Shown: in pieces, positions 10,123-19,537 of the stretch
How positions within the stretch are numbered: the stretch's first letter is position 1
Layout of the letters: every line of letters starts with the position of its first letter
NCBI GenBank assembly: GCA_016875135.1
Contig: VGSE01000001.1
Location: forward strand, 1-61,437
Direction: 5' to 3'
Origin: Deltaproteobacteria bacterium
GTDB lineage: Bacteria; Bdellovibrionota; FAC87; UBA2466
Length of the DNA stretch: 61,437 nucleotides
Position numbers and translations under genes: made by a program
The notes under the pieces: model-generated
Databases searched by the model: none
Seen by the model: only the letters and a program-made list of their open reading frames with translations
What the model was told of the DNA's origin: nothing

Positions 10123-10494
10123 CTAGTATTGGCTGGGGCTGGCGCCGGCGCCAACAATACTGCAGGCTTGAATAACGTTGAGTCCTAGCTTTTCAGCTTT
10201 TTCGACTAACTCATCACTCTCAGATCCCGGATTGAGCCAAACTTCCTTGCACTTAACCTTTGCGACGTCCTCGATGACCTGTAGTCCCACTGGAGGCGGC
10301 AGATAGAAACTCACCATATCAAGTTCCTTTTCGGGAACCTGTAGTATAGACGAATAAACTTTATGACCTTCAATCTCAGTCAACTTGGGATGAATCGGAT
10401 AAACTTTGTAACCTTTATCAGAAAACACCCGAACCGCTTTATTACCAAACTTGCTTCTATCCTGACTTGCTCCAATAATTGCAATCGACGGCAT
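10123..10494 (-). CDS. CoA-binding domain protein (YccU/YneT-like)
   Basis: 123 aa. The N-terminal IAIIGASQDRSKFGNKAV motif and the size are typical of this family. Confidence 0.8.
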   Translation of the reverse strand: MPSIAIIGASQDRSKFGNKAVRVFSDKGYKVYPIHPKLTEIEGHKVYSSILQVPEKELDMVSFYLPPPVGLQVIEDVAKVKCKEVWLNPGSESDELVEKAEKLGLNVIQACSIVGAGASPSQY

Positions 10495-10504
10495 TTTTTC
10501 TCCC

Positions 10505-10879
10505 TTATAAAAATTTATAAACGGCTACGCCCAATATAGCCCAACCGATCAAAAAACTGACTCCACCTATAGGGGTTATCGCCCCTAGGACTTTGACTTG
10601 AGTTGCTGCTAAAAGGTAAAGACTCCCAGAAAAAATGACAATCCCAAAAGTAAAAGCATAGCCTGCATATTTAAGCAACGAGACTTCCGGACTCTTTAAA
10701 AAAAGAACTCCCACTAAGAAAAGCGCTAAGGTGTGAAAAAACTGATATTGAACTCCAGTTTGAAAAACTCCCATTTGATAGTCGTTAAACTTTTGTTTCA
10801 GCGCGTGGGCTCCAAACGCCCCCAGCGCAACTGAGAGAAAACCAAAGACACTACCCACAATTAAAAAACATTTTGCCAT
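10505..10879 (-). CDS. DUF423 (YgdD-like) small membrane protein
   Basis: 124 aa with four hydrophobic segments and a GAFGAHAL motif. Confidence 0.7.
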   Translation of the reverse strand: MAKCFLIVGSVFGFLSVALGAFGAHALKQKFNDYQMGVFQTGVQYQFFHTLALFLVGVLFLKSPEVSLLKYAGYAFTFGIVIFSGSLYLLAATQVKVLGAITPIGGVSFLIGWAILGVAVYKFL

Positions 10880-10936
10880 ATTGAATGCCTCCCTTTGATC
10901 TACCCGATTGACCTGGGTCGGGCTAGTCGTTTTTTT

Positions 10937-12169
10937 TTAATTACTTAGCAAGTCCCGCCTAGGCTCTGACCAGGGAGGTATAAGCTTAGGACAATCGGTA
11001 GTTGTTTCAGGAATCTCTAGTTTTGAAAAATTATCCCGACTTTCAGTTTCAAATCTTAAATCGGCAAAATACAACTTCCCGTCCCTACGGTACCAAAAGG
11101 GGGCTCTCACAAACCTCAATTGAGCGGCCACAAAACAGTTGGTTTGATGCAATTTGATTAACTCTCTTCGGTCGAGATTAAATTGAGTCGTCCAAATGAC
11201 TTGCGGATGAGTTTGCGAGACCTTAACCGTTTTAGAAATCAACTCCAAACATTCACTGGGGCGATATAAATTCGTGAAGAGTGAGACCACTCCTTTGCGT
11301 AAGGAAAACGTCTTTCTGTTTTTAGAAGTCACCACTGTAACCACCTGCCAACAGATAGGGTTTGATGGAAAAGGGGATAAGATCACATCGTTAACTGCGA
11401 TGTCAGGTTGCTCTTTAAAAAAGAGCTTTTTTATTTCCTGTTTTAACCAAAAAGACTCTAAAGAAAAGAGTAACCCTATCAGGCCTAACGAAGCATAACA
11501 GACAACTAATTGAGTTTTTTTGCTCCACGATCTAAATCCCCACATTAAAAACAAACTCCAAATAGTCATTCCAATCGCGATAGCTTTAGGAACAAACCCG
11601 GTGAACCACTCCAACGCCAAACCCGCCCCTAAAAGGCTAACCAATAAAAGTCGAAAATACCGATGAGAACCCGAATAAAACAAGAATGGAATCAACGTCA
11701 TCCACAACGAGGGTTCGACAATAAACATAATGTCTGCAAAAAACCATCCACTGTAAAAAGGCCAAAAGGGATGAACTCCATATTGGTTCAAAAAATCTAA
11801 AACCAAATGGAGTACTCCCCCCACCAACGTCAGCCCCACGACTCCTAAAATTTCTTCCTTCTCCCAAGAAACCTTTTTTAATTTCGTCCAAATCCAAAAC
11901 CCGAAAAAAATCAACCCTGCTTGAAAAAGGAGTAAAAGTACCGTATGCGTGTGACCGCGGTGATGCAAAAGATATTGCAGCCGACTCGGCTTTAAAACAA
12001 AACTTATCACAAAGTCTAGATCACAAATATTGTTGGCAATTAAAGCGGATAACCAAAAAATAATCTTAGTTTTTCGAGTGATTTGAAATTCAGGTTTTCT
12101 AATTTTCAAAACGGACAGCGCCGTCTCAGCGGTTAGAGCGCCCACCAAAGAATGGGTGATGTTGTCCAT
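10937..12169 (-). CDS. Membrane-bound metal-dependent hydrolase-like protein (YdjM/DUF457-like) with C-terminal soluble extension
   Basis: The N-terminus is MDNITHSLVGA. There are multiple TM segments carrying His residues (HHRGHTH) and a C-terminal non-membrane region of about 150 aa. Confidence 0.5.
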   Translation of the reverse strand: MDNITHSLVGALTAETALSVLKIRKPEFQITRKTKIIFWLSALIANNICDLDFVISFVLKPSRLQYLLHHRGHTHTVLLLLFQAGLIFFGFWIWTKLKKVSWEKEEILGVVGLTLVGGVLHLVLDFLNQYGVHPFWPFYSGWFFADIMFIVEPSLWMTLIPFLFYSGSHRYFRLLLVSLLGAGLALEWFTGFVPKAIAIGMTIWSLFLMWGFRSWSKKTQLVVCYASLGLIGLLFSLESFWLKQEIKKLFFKEQPDIAVNDVILSPFPSNPICWQVVTVVTSKNRKTFSLRKGVVSLFTNLYRPSECLELISKTVKVSQTHPQVIWTTQFNLDRRELIKLHQTNCFVAAQLRFVRAPFWYRRDGKLYFADLRFETESRDNFSKLEIPETTTDCPKLIPPWSEPRRDLLSN

Positions 12170-12180
12170 GAGATTCCTGA

Positions 12181-13581
12181 CTAACGATGTCGAATTGCCG
12201 AAAGTAAAGCTGCATAACTCCAGGTTAGGTCACGAGCACCTTGCATGTAACCACTTTCGCGATTGATTTGCTCTGACATCGCTCCTGTTCCATCGACATG
12301 ATACTTTACTCTTATTAAAAACTGATCCCCTTTATTCCTCAACGCTTTTATAATCCTCAAATAATCTTCGGAGCCTTTTTTATAACTAGCGGGAGGCTCT
12401 CTTTTGTGGGTTAGGCCCGAGTAGAATCCTCGATTGAGAGAAGTGATTCGAATTTCCGATTTCGATTCAAGCTCCTTGGCTAATCGGTAATAAAACTCTC
12501 CAAAACCCGCAGTCGTCAAAAACCACGGATTTCCCTCTCCCCCGCTACTGTAGCCATTATACCTGTCTTCGGGGTATCTACCAATCGCTATTCCGGGCTG
12601 TCCATTTCGATTGATCGGATACAGACGATAGAAAGCGTCCTCGATGGCCTTTACGGTCGCTAAAACCTTATCATTAGAAAAGGACATGAAATCATTTTCG
12701 ATACAACCGTGAAGAACACCCAAAGCAACTGAGGCATCAAGTTCGCTCCACTTATAATCAAGACCATCTTCTCGGTCCAATGTACTCACTAAAATTTTCT
12801 TCGAAGCATTCCAATGACGATCAATTTCAGGCTCCATATCCATAGCTTGCATCCAATACCATTGTGCTGCTTTTGGATCCCCAAGTCTGTTGGCTAGCTC
12901 CGCCCCTTCCCGCAAAGCTCGATACTGCACTCGTCGCGTGTGAAAATGATGGCCTTTAAGTTCCTCCCACAGTTCAAAAGAGGTATTCCTCCAATTCTTG
13001 GAAACGTACTCCAAATCTTGTTTCACTAAACTTGAATTTGAAAAATTATAAAGATACTGACGAACCCAATCCTCTTTTCCTTCAGCTAACCAAACATTTG
13101 CCAGCCGGATTAAAGTGTTGGCTCGAATTGCCGGCCCATCATCTTGAGGACGCCCCCAACTACCATTAAAAGCCGAACCGTCAACGTTAAATTTGGGCTC
13201 CCCCAGCCCTCCACTTAAATTGGGTGTGCTCTGATTCAATTTAGAAAATTCAATGTAGTCCAATAAAACTTCGAGATACTGACTTTTGGTAGGAGCTGAA
13301 AAACTGGTCTGATATCGAGCGACGATCTCTTCCATCACTAGCCCTGCGTCCCTGACCCAATGGTAAAAATAGTCGGGATTACTCTTCGAGGGAGAGGCTA
13401 AAACGGAGCCTTTAGCCGTTCCCGAGGCCGATATGTTTCGTAGTAAATTTTTGATAGCGATAGGTTCTTCGTAAGCAATCCACTCCTCCAAAGAGATCAC
13501 CGAAAAAGTCCCTTGAGCCAATAATGTCGATGAAAAAAGTAACCCAAAGACAAAAGAAACCAAATGTTGAATCTGCCTCAT
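12181..13581 (-). CDS. Secreted GH15 glucoamylase, catalytic domain only
   Basis: It has a signal peptide, the WGRPQDDGPAIRA motif and a FELWEE catalytic region, both characteristic of GH15. At 466 aa it has no separate N-terminal beta-sandwich domain. Confidence 0.82.
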   Translation of the reverse strand: MRQIQHLVSFVFGLLFSSTLLAQGTFSVISLEEWIAYEEPIAIKNLLRNISASGTAKGSVLASPSKSNPDYFYHWVRDAGLVMEEIVARYQTSFSAPTKSQYLEVLLDYIEFSKLNQSTPNLSGGLGEPKFNVDGSAFNGSWGRPQDDGPAIRANTLIRLANVWLAEGKEDWVRQYLYNFSNSSLVKQDLEYVSKNWRNTSFELWEELKGHHFHTRRVQYRALREGAELANRLGDPKAAQWYWMQAMDMEPEIDRHWNASKKILVSTLDREDGLDYKWSELDASVALGVLHGCIENDFMSFSNDKVLATVKAIEDAFYRLYPINRNGQPGIAIGRYPEDRYNGYSSGGEGNPWFLTTAGFGEFYYRLAKELESKSEIRITSLNRGFYSGLTHKREPPASYKKGSEDYLRIIKALRNKGDQFLIRVKYHVDGTGAMSEQINRESGYMQGARDLTWSYAALLSAIRHR

Positions 13582-13696
13582 GCCATTCCCCTCACCAAGA
13601 CCAATGTAAAGTAACCGATCCCTGACAAAGCTGACTACTGAAAAGGTGTTTTTTTTTAATTGCGCTGCGTTGACTTTGCCGCTTTAGAAGAAATTT

Positions 13697-14899
13697 TTAA
13701 CTTTTTATTAGCGGAGTGGGGAAGCGACAGATGAAAGTAGAGCCCTTTTGTAAAGCACTCTCGACTGAAACGGAGCCTTCATGCTTTTGAAGAATATGTT
13801 TCACGATCGAGAGCCCCAAACCGGTTCCCCCTTGCTCTCGTGAACGGGCTTTATCTACTCGATAAAATCGCTCAAACAGTCTTGAATGGTGCTCGACAGA
13901 AATCCCGACTCCCGTATCCTTAATCTTCAAGACAACCTCTTGATCTTCCCTTTCCCAAGATACCGAAATATGCCCGCCTTCTGGAGTGTATTTGTGCGCA
14001 TTATCGATGAGATTAACTAAAACTTGCTCCAGTCGATTCGGGTCAGCCAAAACTTCTTTTTGATTACAGTTCCAAGTTAAGATTTGTTTTTTCGTTTTAA
14101 ATTTCTCTTCCATGGAACGACAGACTCGGGTCATGATAATTTCCGTAGATACCCACTCTTTGTAAAAAACTTCATTGGATTCAATGGAGGAGAGGTCAAG
14201 AAGGTCTCCCACTAAGTTCATTAATCGATCAGCGTTACGAGAAATTTTTCCCAAAAATTCTTGGGTCGAGGGTTCTTTGAGGCTCAGTGGATCTTTTTGA
14301 AAATCATCCAATAAGGTCTCGGTATATCCCTTGATTGAAGTAAGAGGGGTTCGTAGTTCGTGAGACACATTAGCCACAAAATCGATTCTCATTTGCTCTG
14401 CGGTTTTTAATTCAGTCACATCATGAAAATTACCCAAAGCTCCATAGATTACCAATCCCGACCTACTTAGAGGAGAAACCGAAAGATTAAAGTACCTCTC
14501 ATCACCGAGTTCACTTTTAAATTTAAACGAATGGTTAGAGGAACTTTTCCCTTCTCTAAGTGCCAGCTCAAAAGCCTCTAGAATTTTAGGATCTCCAAAA
14601 ATCTCTTGAACTCGTAAAAACCTAGGCAATCTCCCCTGACCAAAAACCAACTCAAATTTACTATTAAAAAAAATGGGGCGACCTTCTTTATCAATAGCCA
14701 AAATCGCATCGGAGATAGCACTCATCACCGTCTCGAGCTCCCCCTCCTCAATCCGAAGATTTTGAGTTGCGACTTCCCATTTTTTTTTCAAGTCTTCAAT
14801 TTCACGGTTCAGTTTTTTTCGCTCCAAATTTTGTCTTCTTTGAAAATAAAGAACAGTGAAGGTTAAAATCGCTCCAAAAACAATAAACCACACCAACAC
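13697..14899 (-). CDS. PhoR-like sensor histidine kinase (TM-PAS-HisKA-HATPase)
   Basis: It has an N-terminal TM segment, a PAS-like segment, the H-box SHELRTPLTSIKGY, an N box NLIDNAHKY, and G boxes DTGVGI and GTGLGLSIV. It lies directly downstream of the PhoB-like regulator gene. Confidence 0.85.
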   Translation of the reverse strand: MLVWFIVFGAILTFTVLYFQRRQNLERKKLNREIEDLKKKWEVATQNLRIEEGELETVMSAISDAILAIDKEGRPIFFNSKFELVFGQGRLPRFLRVQEIFGDPKILEAFELALREGKSSSNHSFKFKSELGDERYFNLSVSPLSRSGLVIYGALGNFHDVTELKTAEQMRIDFVANVSHELRTPLTSIKGYTETLLDDFQKDPLSLKEPSTQEFLGKISRNADRLMNLVGDLLDLSSIESNEVFYKEWVSTEIIMTRVCRSMEEKFKTKKQILTWNCNQKEVLADPNRLEQVLVNLIDNAHKYTPEGGHISVSWEREDQEVVLKIKDTGVGISVEHHSRLFERFYRVDKARSREQGGTGLGLSIVKHILQKHEGSVSVESALQKGSTFICRFPTPLIKS

Positions 14900-14907
14900 T
14901 CCCTCCC

Positions 14908-15609
14908 CTAGAAAGCTGCAGCCACGCGGTAGCCCACTCCACGGATGGTCTCAATCAAAAAACCGCAATCACCCAATTTTTTTCTTAATCCGAAGACATG
15001 CGTGTCAATAGCCCGGTCAATCACACTCACCCCTTCACCTTGAACTAATTCAATTAGCCTATCCCTAGTTAAAACTCGTCCCCGATTTCTCATTAAGGCA
15101 AACAATAATTTAAATTCCGAAGGAGTTAATTCAGCGACCGATTTGCCGCACTTGACCTCATGAGAGTCTTTATCGATTACAAGATCTCCAATTTGAATCC
15201 GATTTTCCTCTTCGGTCGATTGACCCGATTGAGCGCGACGAAATAGAGCTCGAATTCTTGCCAAAAAAACCGACAGATCAAACGGTTTAGTTAAATAATC
15301 ATCAGCTCCTACTTCTAGTCCTAATACAATATCCGCAGCTTGAGCTCGAGCAGTTACCATTAAAATACAGGTACCCAAACCGACTAACTTTTCTGTTCTG
15401 ATTTTCTTACAAAGATCTAAACCGGAAATTCCAGGTAGCATCCAATCCAAAATAAGCAAAGAATAACGATTTTTTGAGATGCATTTCAGGGCCTCTTCTC
15501 CATTTTCGACCCATTCCACATCGCAGCCTTCTCGCTTTAAATGAAGCGACATCAATTCCGCGATATCCTTTTCATCTTCGACAATTAAGACTTTTTCTTT
15601 TTGAAGCAT
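14908..15609 (-). CDS. OmpR/PhoB-family response regulator
   Basis: The receiver domain has VEDE, LDWMLPG and TKPF. The winged-helix C-terminus has RGVGYRV. Confidence 0.9.
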   Translation of the reverse strand: MLQKEKVLIVEDEKDIAELMSLHLKREGCDVEWVENGEEALKCISKNRYSLLILDWMLPGISGLDLCKKIRTEKLVGLGTCILMVTARAQAADIVLGLEVGADDYLTKPFDLSVFLARIRALFRRAQSGQSTEEENRIQIGDLVIDKDSHEVKCGKSVAELTPSEFKLLFALMRNRGRVLTRDRLIELVQGEGVSVIDRAIDTHVFGLRKKLGDCGFLIETIRGVGYRVAAAF

Positions 15610-15847
15610 AGCCTCTCCCGGTTCAAAGAATAGAACAAACTTTAGTTCCCACTACCAGCAATGTCTCGTCAAGATTTCATTAGTTTTTACTCAATCAGAA
15701 GGGGTAGGCTGCCCCAGAAAAATTCCGGGGGGATAACTAGGGCAGCCCATTTCAGGAAAAGAATATGGCTTGGACAACTTCTAGTAACTTCACTAGATAA
15801 GACGCCGAACCCTGCCAGTTTGTGACAAAAATAAAATCAATTTTGGG

Positions 15848-17149
15848 TTATTTAACTTGAACCTTAATGGATGTGGCAACGAGAACGGCCATAAAAATAA
15901 CGGCGCCCGCTATCCAAAACGGAAAAGCTGGACTCTTCTCAAAAAGAAAACCAGCAAATGAAGGGCCTATGACTCGACCAAGTGCGGCCAATGACTGCCC
16001 TATTCCAAGTACCCCTCCCTGTTCATCTCGATCCACCGATTGGGAAAGCAAACTAGAAATAGAAGGGTTGGTCAAACCACTTCCAATCGCTAAAAACACG
16101 GCCCACCCCAACATCCAACGATAGACTTGCCATTTTCCCACCAAAGGAACCAAGAACAAAGCCATTCCTACTAGCGAGATTCCGGTTATCAATAACCTTC
16201 TCTCTCCAAATCTTTTGGCCAATTTTCCGATGAGTCCGCCCTGAACGATCGTCGCAGTGATTCCCACCATCATTAGCACATAAGCAGTCTCGGCTGCTGA
16301 TTGTTTCGCCCTGACTGAACTCACTATTCCTTGCGAAAGGGGATGCCAAGTCGCCTCAATAAAAAGTCCTAGAACCTGCTCCATCATCGAAAAGGCCGAA
16401 ATATAAAGAAAGTAAACAATGAAAATTTGTGCGACATTGGGGTGACGAGCTGCATGTCGCAAGTCGGCCCAGGAAAACCCCGGTCGATGCGCCGCTTGAG
16501 CTTTTGAAGATTCCCCCAGCTTCTGCGGACAGGTCTCCGGCAAACTAGTTAGAGCAAAAACAAAGTTAAAAGCCCCCAAGGCCGCAGCTACTAAAGCCGG
16601 CATCGCCAGATCAACTTGGCTAAAAAATCCTCCTAAGGCAGGCCCCAGAATAAAACCAAGACCAAAAGCTGCCCCAATCAGCCCCATACCTTTAGCTCGG
16701 AACTCAGGAGGCGTACTATCCGCAATAATCGCTTGCGCCGTTCCGATATTAGCGCTGCCAAACCCAGCCAACATTCTAGCTAAAAATAAAATGGTTAATG
16801 AATTGGATAATCCAAAAATCAAATAACCGATAGAGCTACAGGCAATACTCAACAACATGACGGGTCTTCGACCAATGCGATCTGAAAGTTGACCCCAAAA
16901 AGAACCGAAAATAAATTGCATTAACGAGAAGGACGCCCCCAATAAAGTCACCGTGGTAGCAGAAGCCCCCAACTTTTCAGCATAAAAAGGCTGGATCGGA
17001 ATAATAATTCCAAATCCAACCAGATCTAAAAACACCGTAAAAAAAACTAAGCTCAGGATTTTTTTGTTATTCGCCGGTCTTGAAGCATGCATCCGCTCAC
17101 TATAGATTAAAGTCCTACCAAAAGGTACGGCTTTATTTTGGGAGGGCAC
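15848..17149 (-). CDS. MFS transporter (drug/H+ antiporter-like)
   Basis: About 12 TM segments and the MFS motif GQLSDRIGRRPV. The true start may be an internal Met (MHASRPANNKK). Confidence 0.85.
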   Translation of the reverse strand: MPSQNKAVPFGRTLIYSERMHASRPANNKKILSLVFFTVFLDLVGFGIIIPIQPFYAEKLGASATTVTLLGASFSLMQFIFGSFWGQLSDRIGRRPVMLLSIACSSIGYLIFGLSNSLTILFLARMLAGFGSANIGTAQAIIADSTPPEFRAKGMGLIGAAFGLGFILGPALGGFFSQVDLAMPALVAAALGAFNFVFALTSLPETCPQKLGESSKAQAAHRPGFSWADLRHAARHPNVAQIFIVYFLYISAFSMMEQVLGLFIEATWHPLSQGIVSSVRAKQSAAETAYVLMMVGITATIVQGGLIGKLAKRFGERRLLITGISLVGMALFLVPLVGKWQVYRWMLGWAVFLAIGSGLTNPSISSLLSQSVDRDEQGGVLGIGQSLAALGRVIGPSFAGFLFEKSPAFPFWIAGAVIFMAVLVATSIKVQVK

Positions 17150-17230
17150 AAGCCAAAACGATTCTTACTTTAAAAAGCGCTACTCAAAGCAACATATTTT
17201 GCACCAGAATTTAATTAGCCATCAAGGCCC

Positions 17231-18262
17231 TTAGACAAAAGATTGCTCACCATATTTCTTAATTTGAGCTGAAGTTTCTTCAATTGGAAAGCCCCCGTCT
17301 TTTTTTGCGTATTGTAAAGCTTCGTTTAACTTCGGGTGCCGGGTGACACACATAGCGATAAGGGCGTTTCTTCTAAGACCGTTTCGTTTTGCCCGAGTCA
17401 TTGGAGTTCCCCCAAAGTATCTCTCGTAATCTTGTTGATTCATCGTAGCAACTTCGTAAAGAGAGGGCATTTCTCGAGGAACTACTTTAGATGCCACAAA
17501 ATGGGTTTTGGCCTCTTCATTGAAAGGACAAACAATTTGGCAAATATCACACCCGAAATAATATTTCGATAAATGCGGCCAAAATTCTTCCGGAATGGGA
17601 CCGCGATTTTCAATGGTCCAATAGGCCAAGCACCGATTGCTATCTAAAATATAATCTTCATTTAATGCCCCGGTTGGACATTCCACTTGGCAAAGAGAAC
17701 AGGTTCCACATTCAACTTTTTTTTCTTTCTGGTCCGTCTGAAAGGTAAAAGTCGTTAAAATTTCACCTAGCAGTAGAAAACTCCCTTCACTAGGGTGAAT
17801 GAGGCAGGTATTTTTGCCAATAAAGCTTTCTCTGGTTTGTGCTGCCAATGCTCTCTCAAGAACTGGGGCAGTATCGACAAGGACCCGAAAACTGTGGGTC
17901 TTAAAGTTTGATTCTGTTTTTAATCGAGTGACTATCCTTTCGCCCATTCTTTTTAAAAGCTGGTGATAATCATTAAATTTTGCATATTGAGCCACTCGAG
18001 GAGTTTCCTCATCGCGAAGTGGCCAAGATTCACTTTGCCCATACCGAAGAGCCACAATGATGGCGCATTTTGCCCCGGGTAAAAGTCGTTCCGGTTCTTT
18101 TCGAAGTTCATCATACTTCTCTAAATATTTTAAACCGGCGTGTTTGCCTTCATTTCTCCAACGAAGAAACCGCTCAAAACTCTCAGAATAAAAAAGAGGG
18201 ACGACTCCTAGTGGAATCAGTCCCTCTTTTTGAATAATTTGATTAAGTTGACTTCTGTTCAA
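17231..18262 (-). CDS. queG: Epoxyqueuosine reductase
   Basis: 343 aa with two ferredoxin-type clusters, CGTCSLCQVECP and CDICQIVCP. The length and the helical C-terminal region fit QueG. Confidence 0.8.
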   Translation of the reverse strand: MNRSQLNQIIQKEGLIPLGVVPLFYSESFERFLRWRNEGKHAGLKYLEKYDELRKEPERLLPGAKCAIIVALRYGQSESWPLRDEETPRVAQYAKFNDYHQLLKRMGERIVTRLKTESNFKTHSFRVLVDTAPVLERALAAQTRESFIGKNTCLIHPSEGSFLLLGEILTTFTFQTDQKEKKVECGTCSLCQVECPTGALNEDYILDSNRCLAYWTIENRGPIPEEFWPHLSKYYFGCDICQIVCPFNEEAKTHFVASKVVPREMPSLYEVATMNQQDYERYFGGTPMTRAKRNGLRRNALIAMCVTRHPKLNEALQYAKKDGGFPIEETSAQIKKYGEQSFV

Positions 18263-18285
18263 CGTGAATCAAAAGCTAAAAGAGA

Positions 18286-18669
18286 TTAATAATCTCCTCC
18301 GCGTCCACCACGTCCACCGCGTCCACCGCCGCCGAATCCACCGCGTCCACCGCCGCCGAATCCACCGCGTCCGCCGCCGCCGCCAAATCCACCGCGTCCG
18401 CCGCCTCCACCAGAGCGAGGCTCCATAGGACGAGCTTCATTAACAGTCAATTTACGACCTTCGAATTCTTGGCCATTGAATTTATCGATAGCTGATTGAG
18501 CAGCATCTTCTGAAGCCATTTCGACAAAACCGAAACCTTTTGATCTACCGGATGCTCGATCGGTAATAATTCGAGCTGAAGTTACTTCTCCAGCTTGCGA
18601 AAAAAGATCCTGCAATGACGTATCTGTCACTGTGTAACTTAGGTTTCCAACGTATAATTTCTTTTCCAT
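18286..18669 (-). CDS. RRM-type RNA-binding protein with C-terminal RGG/Gly-rich tail
   Basis: RNP2 is LYVGNL and RNP1 is KGFGFVEM. The C-terminus is made of GGGGRGGFGGGG repeats. Confidence 0.9.
   Translation of the reverse strand: MEKKLYVGNLSYTVTDTSLQDLFSQAGEVTSARIITDRASGRSKGFGFVEMASEDAAQSAIDKFNGQEFEGRKLTVNEARPMEPRSGGGGGRGGFGGGGGRGGFGGGGRGGFGGGGRGGRGGRGGDY
18297..18414. repeat. GC-rich imperfect tandem repeat (24-27 nt units) encoding the RGG tail
   Basis: Units are of the form TCCACCGCGTCCACCGCCGCCGAA, with about four copies. They lie in frame within the RRM gene. Confidence 0.8.
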
Positions 18670-18876
18670 TTTTCCTCACATTTGGGCACCGAATGAAACA
18701 TTAACTTCAGGCACCCGCCTGGAGACGAACGATTCGGATAATTACGGTAAGGAGGGTACAGGGTTTTCAACTATTTGCAAGCCTTTTGTGGCGCATAGCA
18801 GCTCATTTTTATTAAAAAACCCCTATGACCTTTGAGCGGGCTTCGAAAAGGGTCGGTCGCCCCCGGGAATGCCCTA

Positions 18877-18905
18877 ATACTTGCTCCCTTTAAGTAAGCA
18901 GGTAT
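18877..18905. mobile_element. 29-bp mini copy (internal-deletion derivative or footprint) of the MITE
   Basis: The sequence is ATACTTGCTCCCTTTAAGTAAGCAGGTAT. Its first 19 nt match the MITE terminus at 18 of 19 positions, and its last 10 nt match the opposite terminus (AGCAGGTAT). Confidence 0.6.
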
Positions 18906-18973
18906 GAAAGCCTAACCATTGACTTTTGTCCCCCCACACAGAACTCTTAGCGAAACTGGAGCAAACCACTGAA

Positions 18974-19534
18974 ATGAAGCGACTATTTGACCTCTTCCTA
19001 TCTCTACCACTTTTGGTGCTCCTAAGCCCTGTAGCTTTGGGCGTGTGGCTTGCTATTAAATGGGAGGACCAAGGTCCGTCCCTCTACTGGTCCAAAAGGG
19101 TCGGAAAACTTAACCACACTTTTCTCATGCCCAAATTTAGAAGCATGAAACTTGATACGCCTCAAGTTGCTACTCACTTGCTCGATAACGCCCATTTAAG
19201 AATTACCCGAGTAGGGGCCTTTATTAGAAAAAACAGTCTTGATGAGATTCCACAACTTTGGTCTGTTTTGACAGGACAGATGTCATTTGTGGGTCCAAGA
19301 CCCGCTTTATTCAATCAAGAAGATCTGATTAGATTAAGAACTCAAAAAAATATTCATCACCTAAAGCCCGGGATTACCGGTTGGGCTCAAATAAACGGTC
19401 GCGATGACTTATCAATTCCCGAAAAAGTGGCTCTCGACGAATTTTATCTCAAAAATCATTCGCTATTCTTCGATCTCAAAATTTTGTGGCTGACTCTATT
19501 TAAAGTGCTCTCGAAAGATGGCGTGACTCACTAA
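18974..19534 (+). CDS. Bacterial sugar transferase (polyprenyl-phosphate hexose-1-phosphate transferase, PglC/WbaP C-terminal type)
   Basis: MKRLFDLFLSLPLLVLLSPV forms a re-entrant helix, and PGITGWAQINGRD is the family motif. The ATG at 18974 with a GGAG SD is preferred over the TTG at 18926. Confidence 0.85.
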   Translation: MKRLFDLFLSLPLLVLLSPVALGVWLAIKWEDQGPSLYWSKRVGKLNHTFLMPKFRSMKLDTPQVATHLLDNAHLRITRVGAFIRKNSLDEIPQLWSVLTGQMSFVGPRPALFNQEDLIRLRTQKNIHHLKPGITGWAQINGRDDLSIPEKVALDEFYLKNHSLFFDLKILWLTLFKVLSKDGVTH

Positions 19535-19537
19535 AGA

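Noticed and set aside
10905-10938. A T9 run is preceded by a weak CCCGA/TCGGG stem between the DUF457-like and DUF423 genes.
   Set aside because: The T-run is on the plus strand, antisense to all local genes. The stem is only 5 bp, and part of the T-run is the stop-codon region of the upstream gene.
15812-15828. TTGTCAC-AAA-CTGGCAG (minus strand) downstream of the MFS gene and about 200 nt upstream of the PhoB-like gene was a possible second Pho box.
   Set aside because: It has a 3-nt rather than 4-nt spacer, a degenerate second half-site, and lies far from the start codon. It is too weak to call without binding data.
18297-18414. A GC-rich short tandem repeat could have been a CRISPR-like or satellite array.
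   Set aside because: The units are contiguous with no spacers, lie in frame, and encode the RGG tail of the RRM protein. No cas genes are present.
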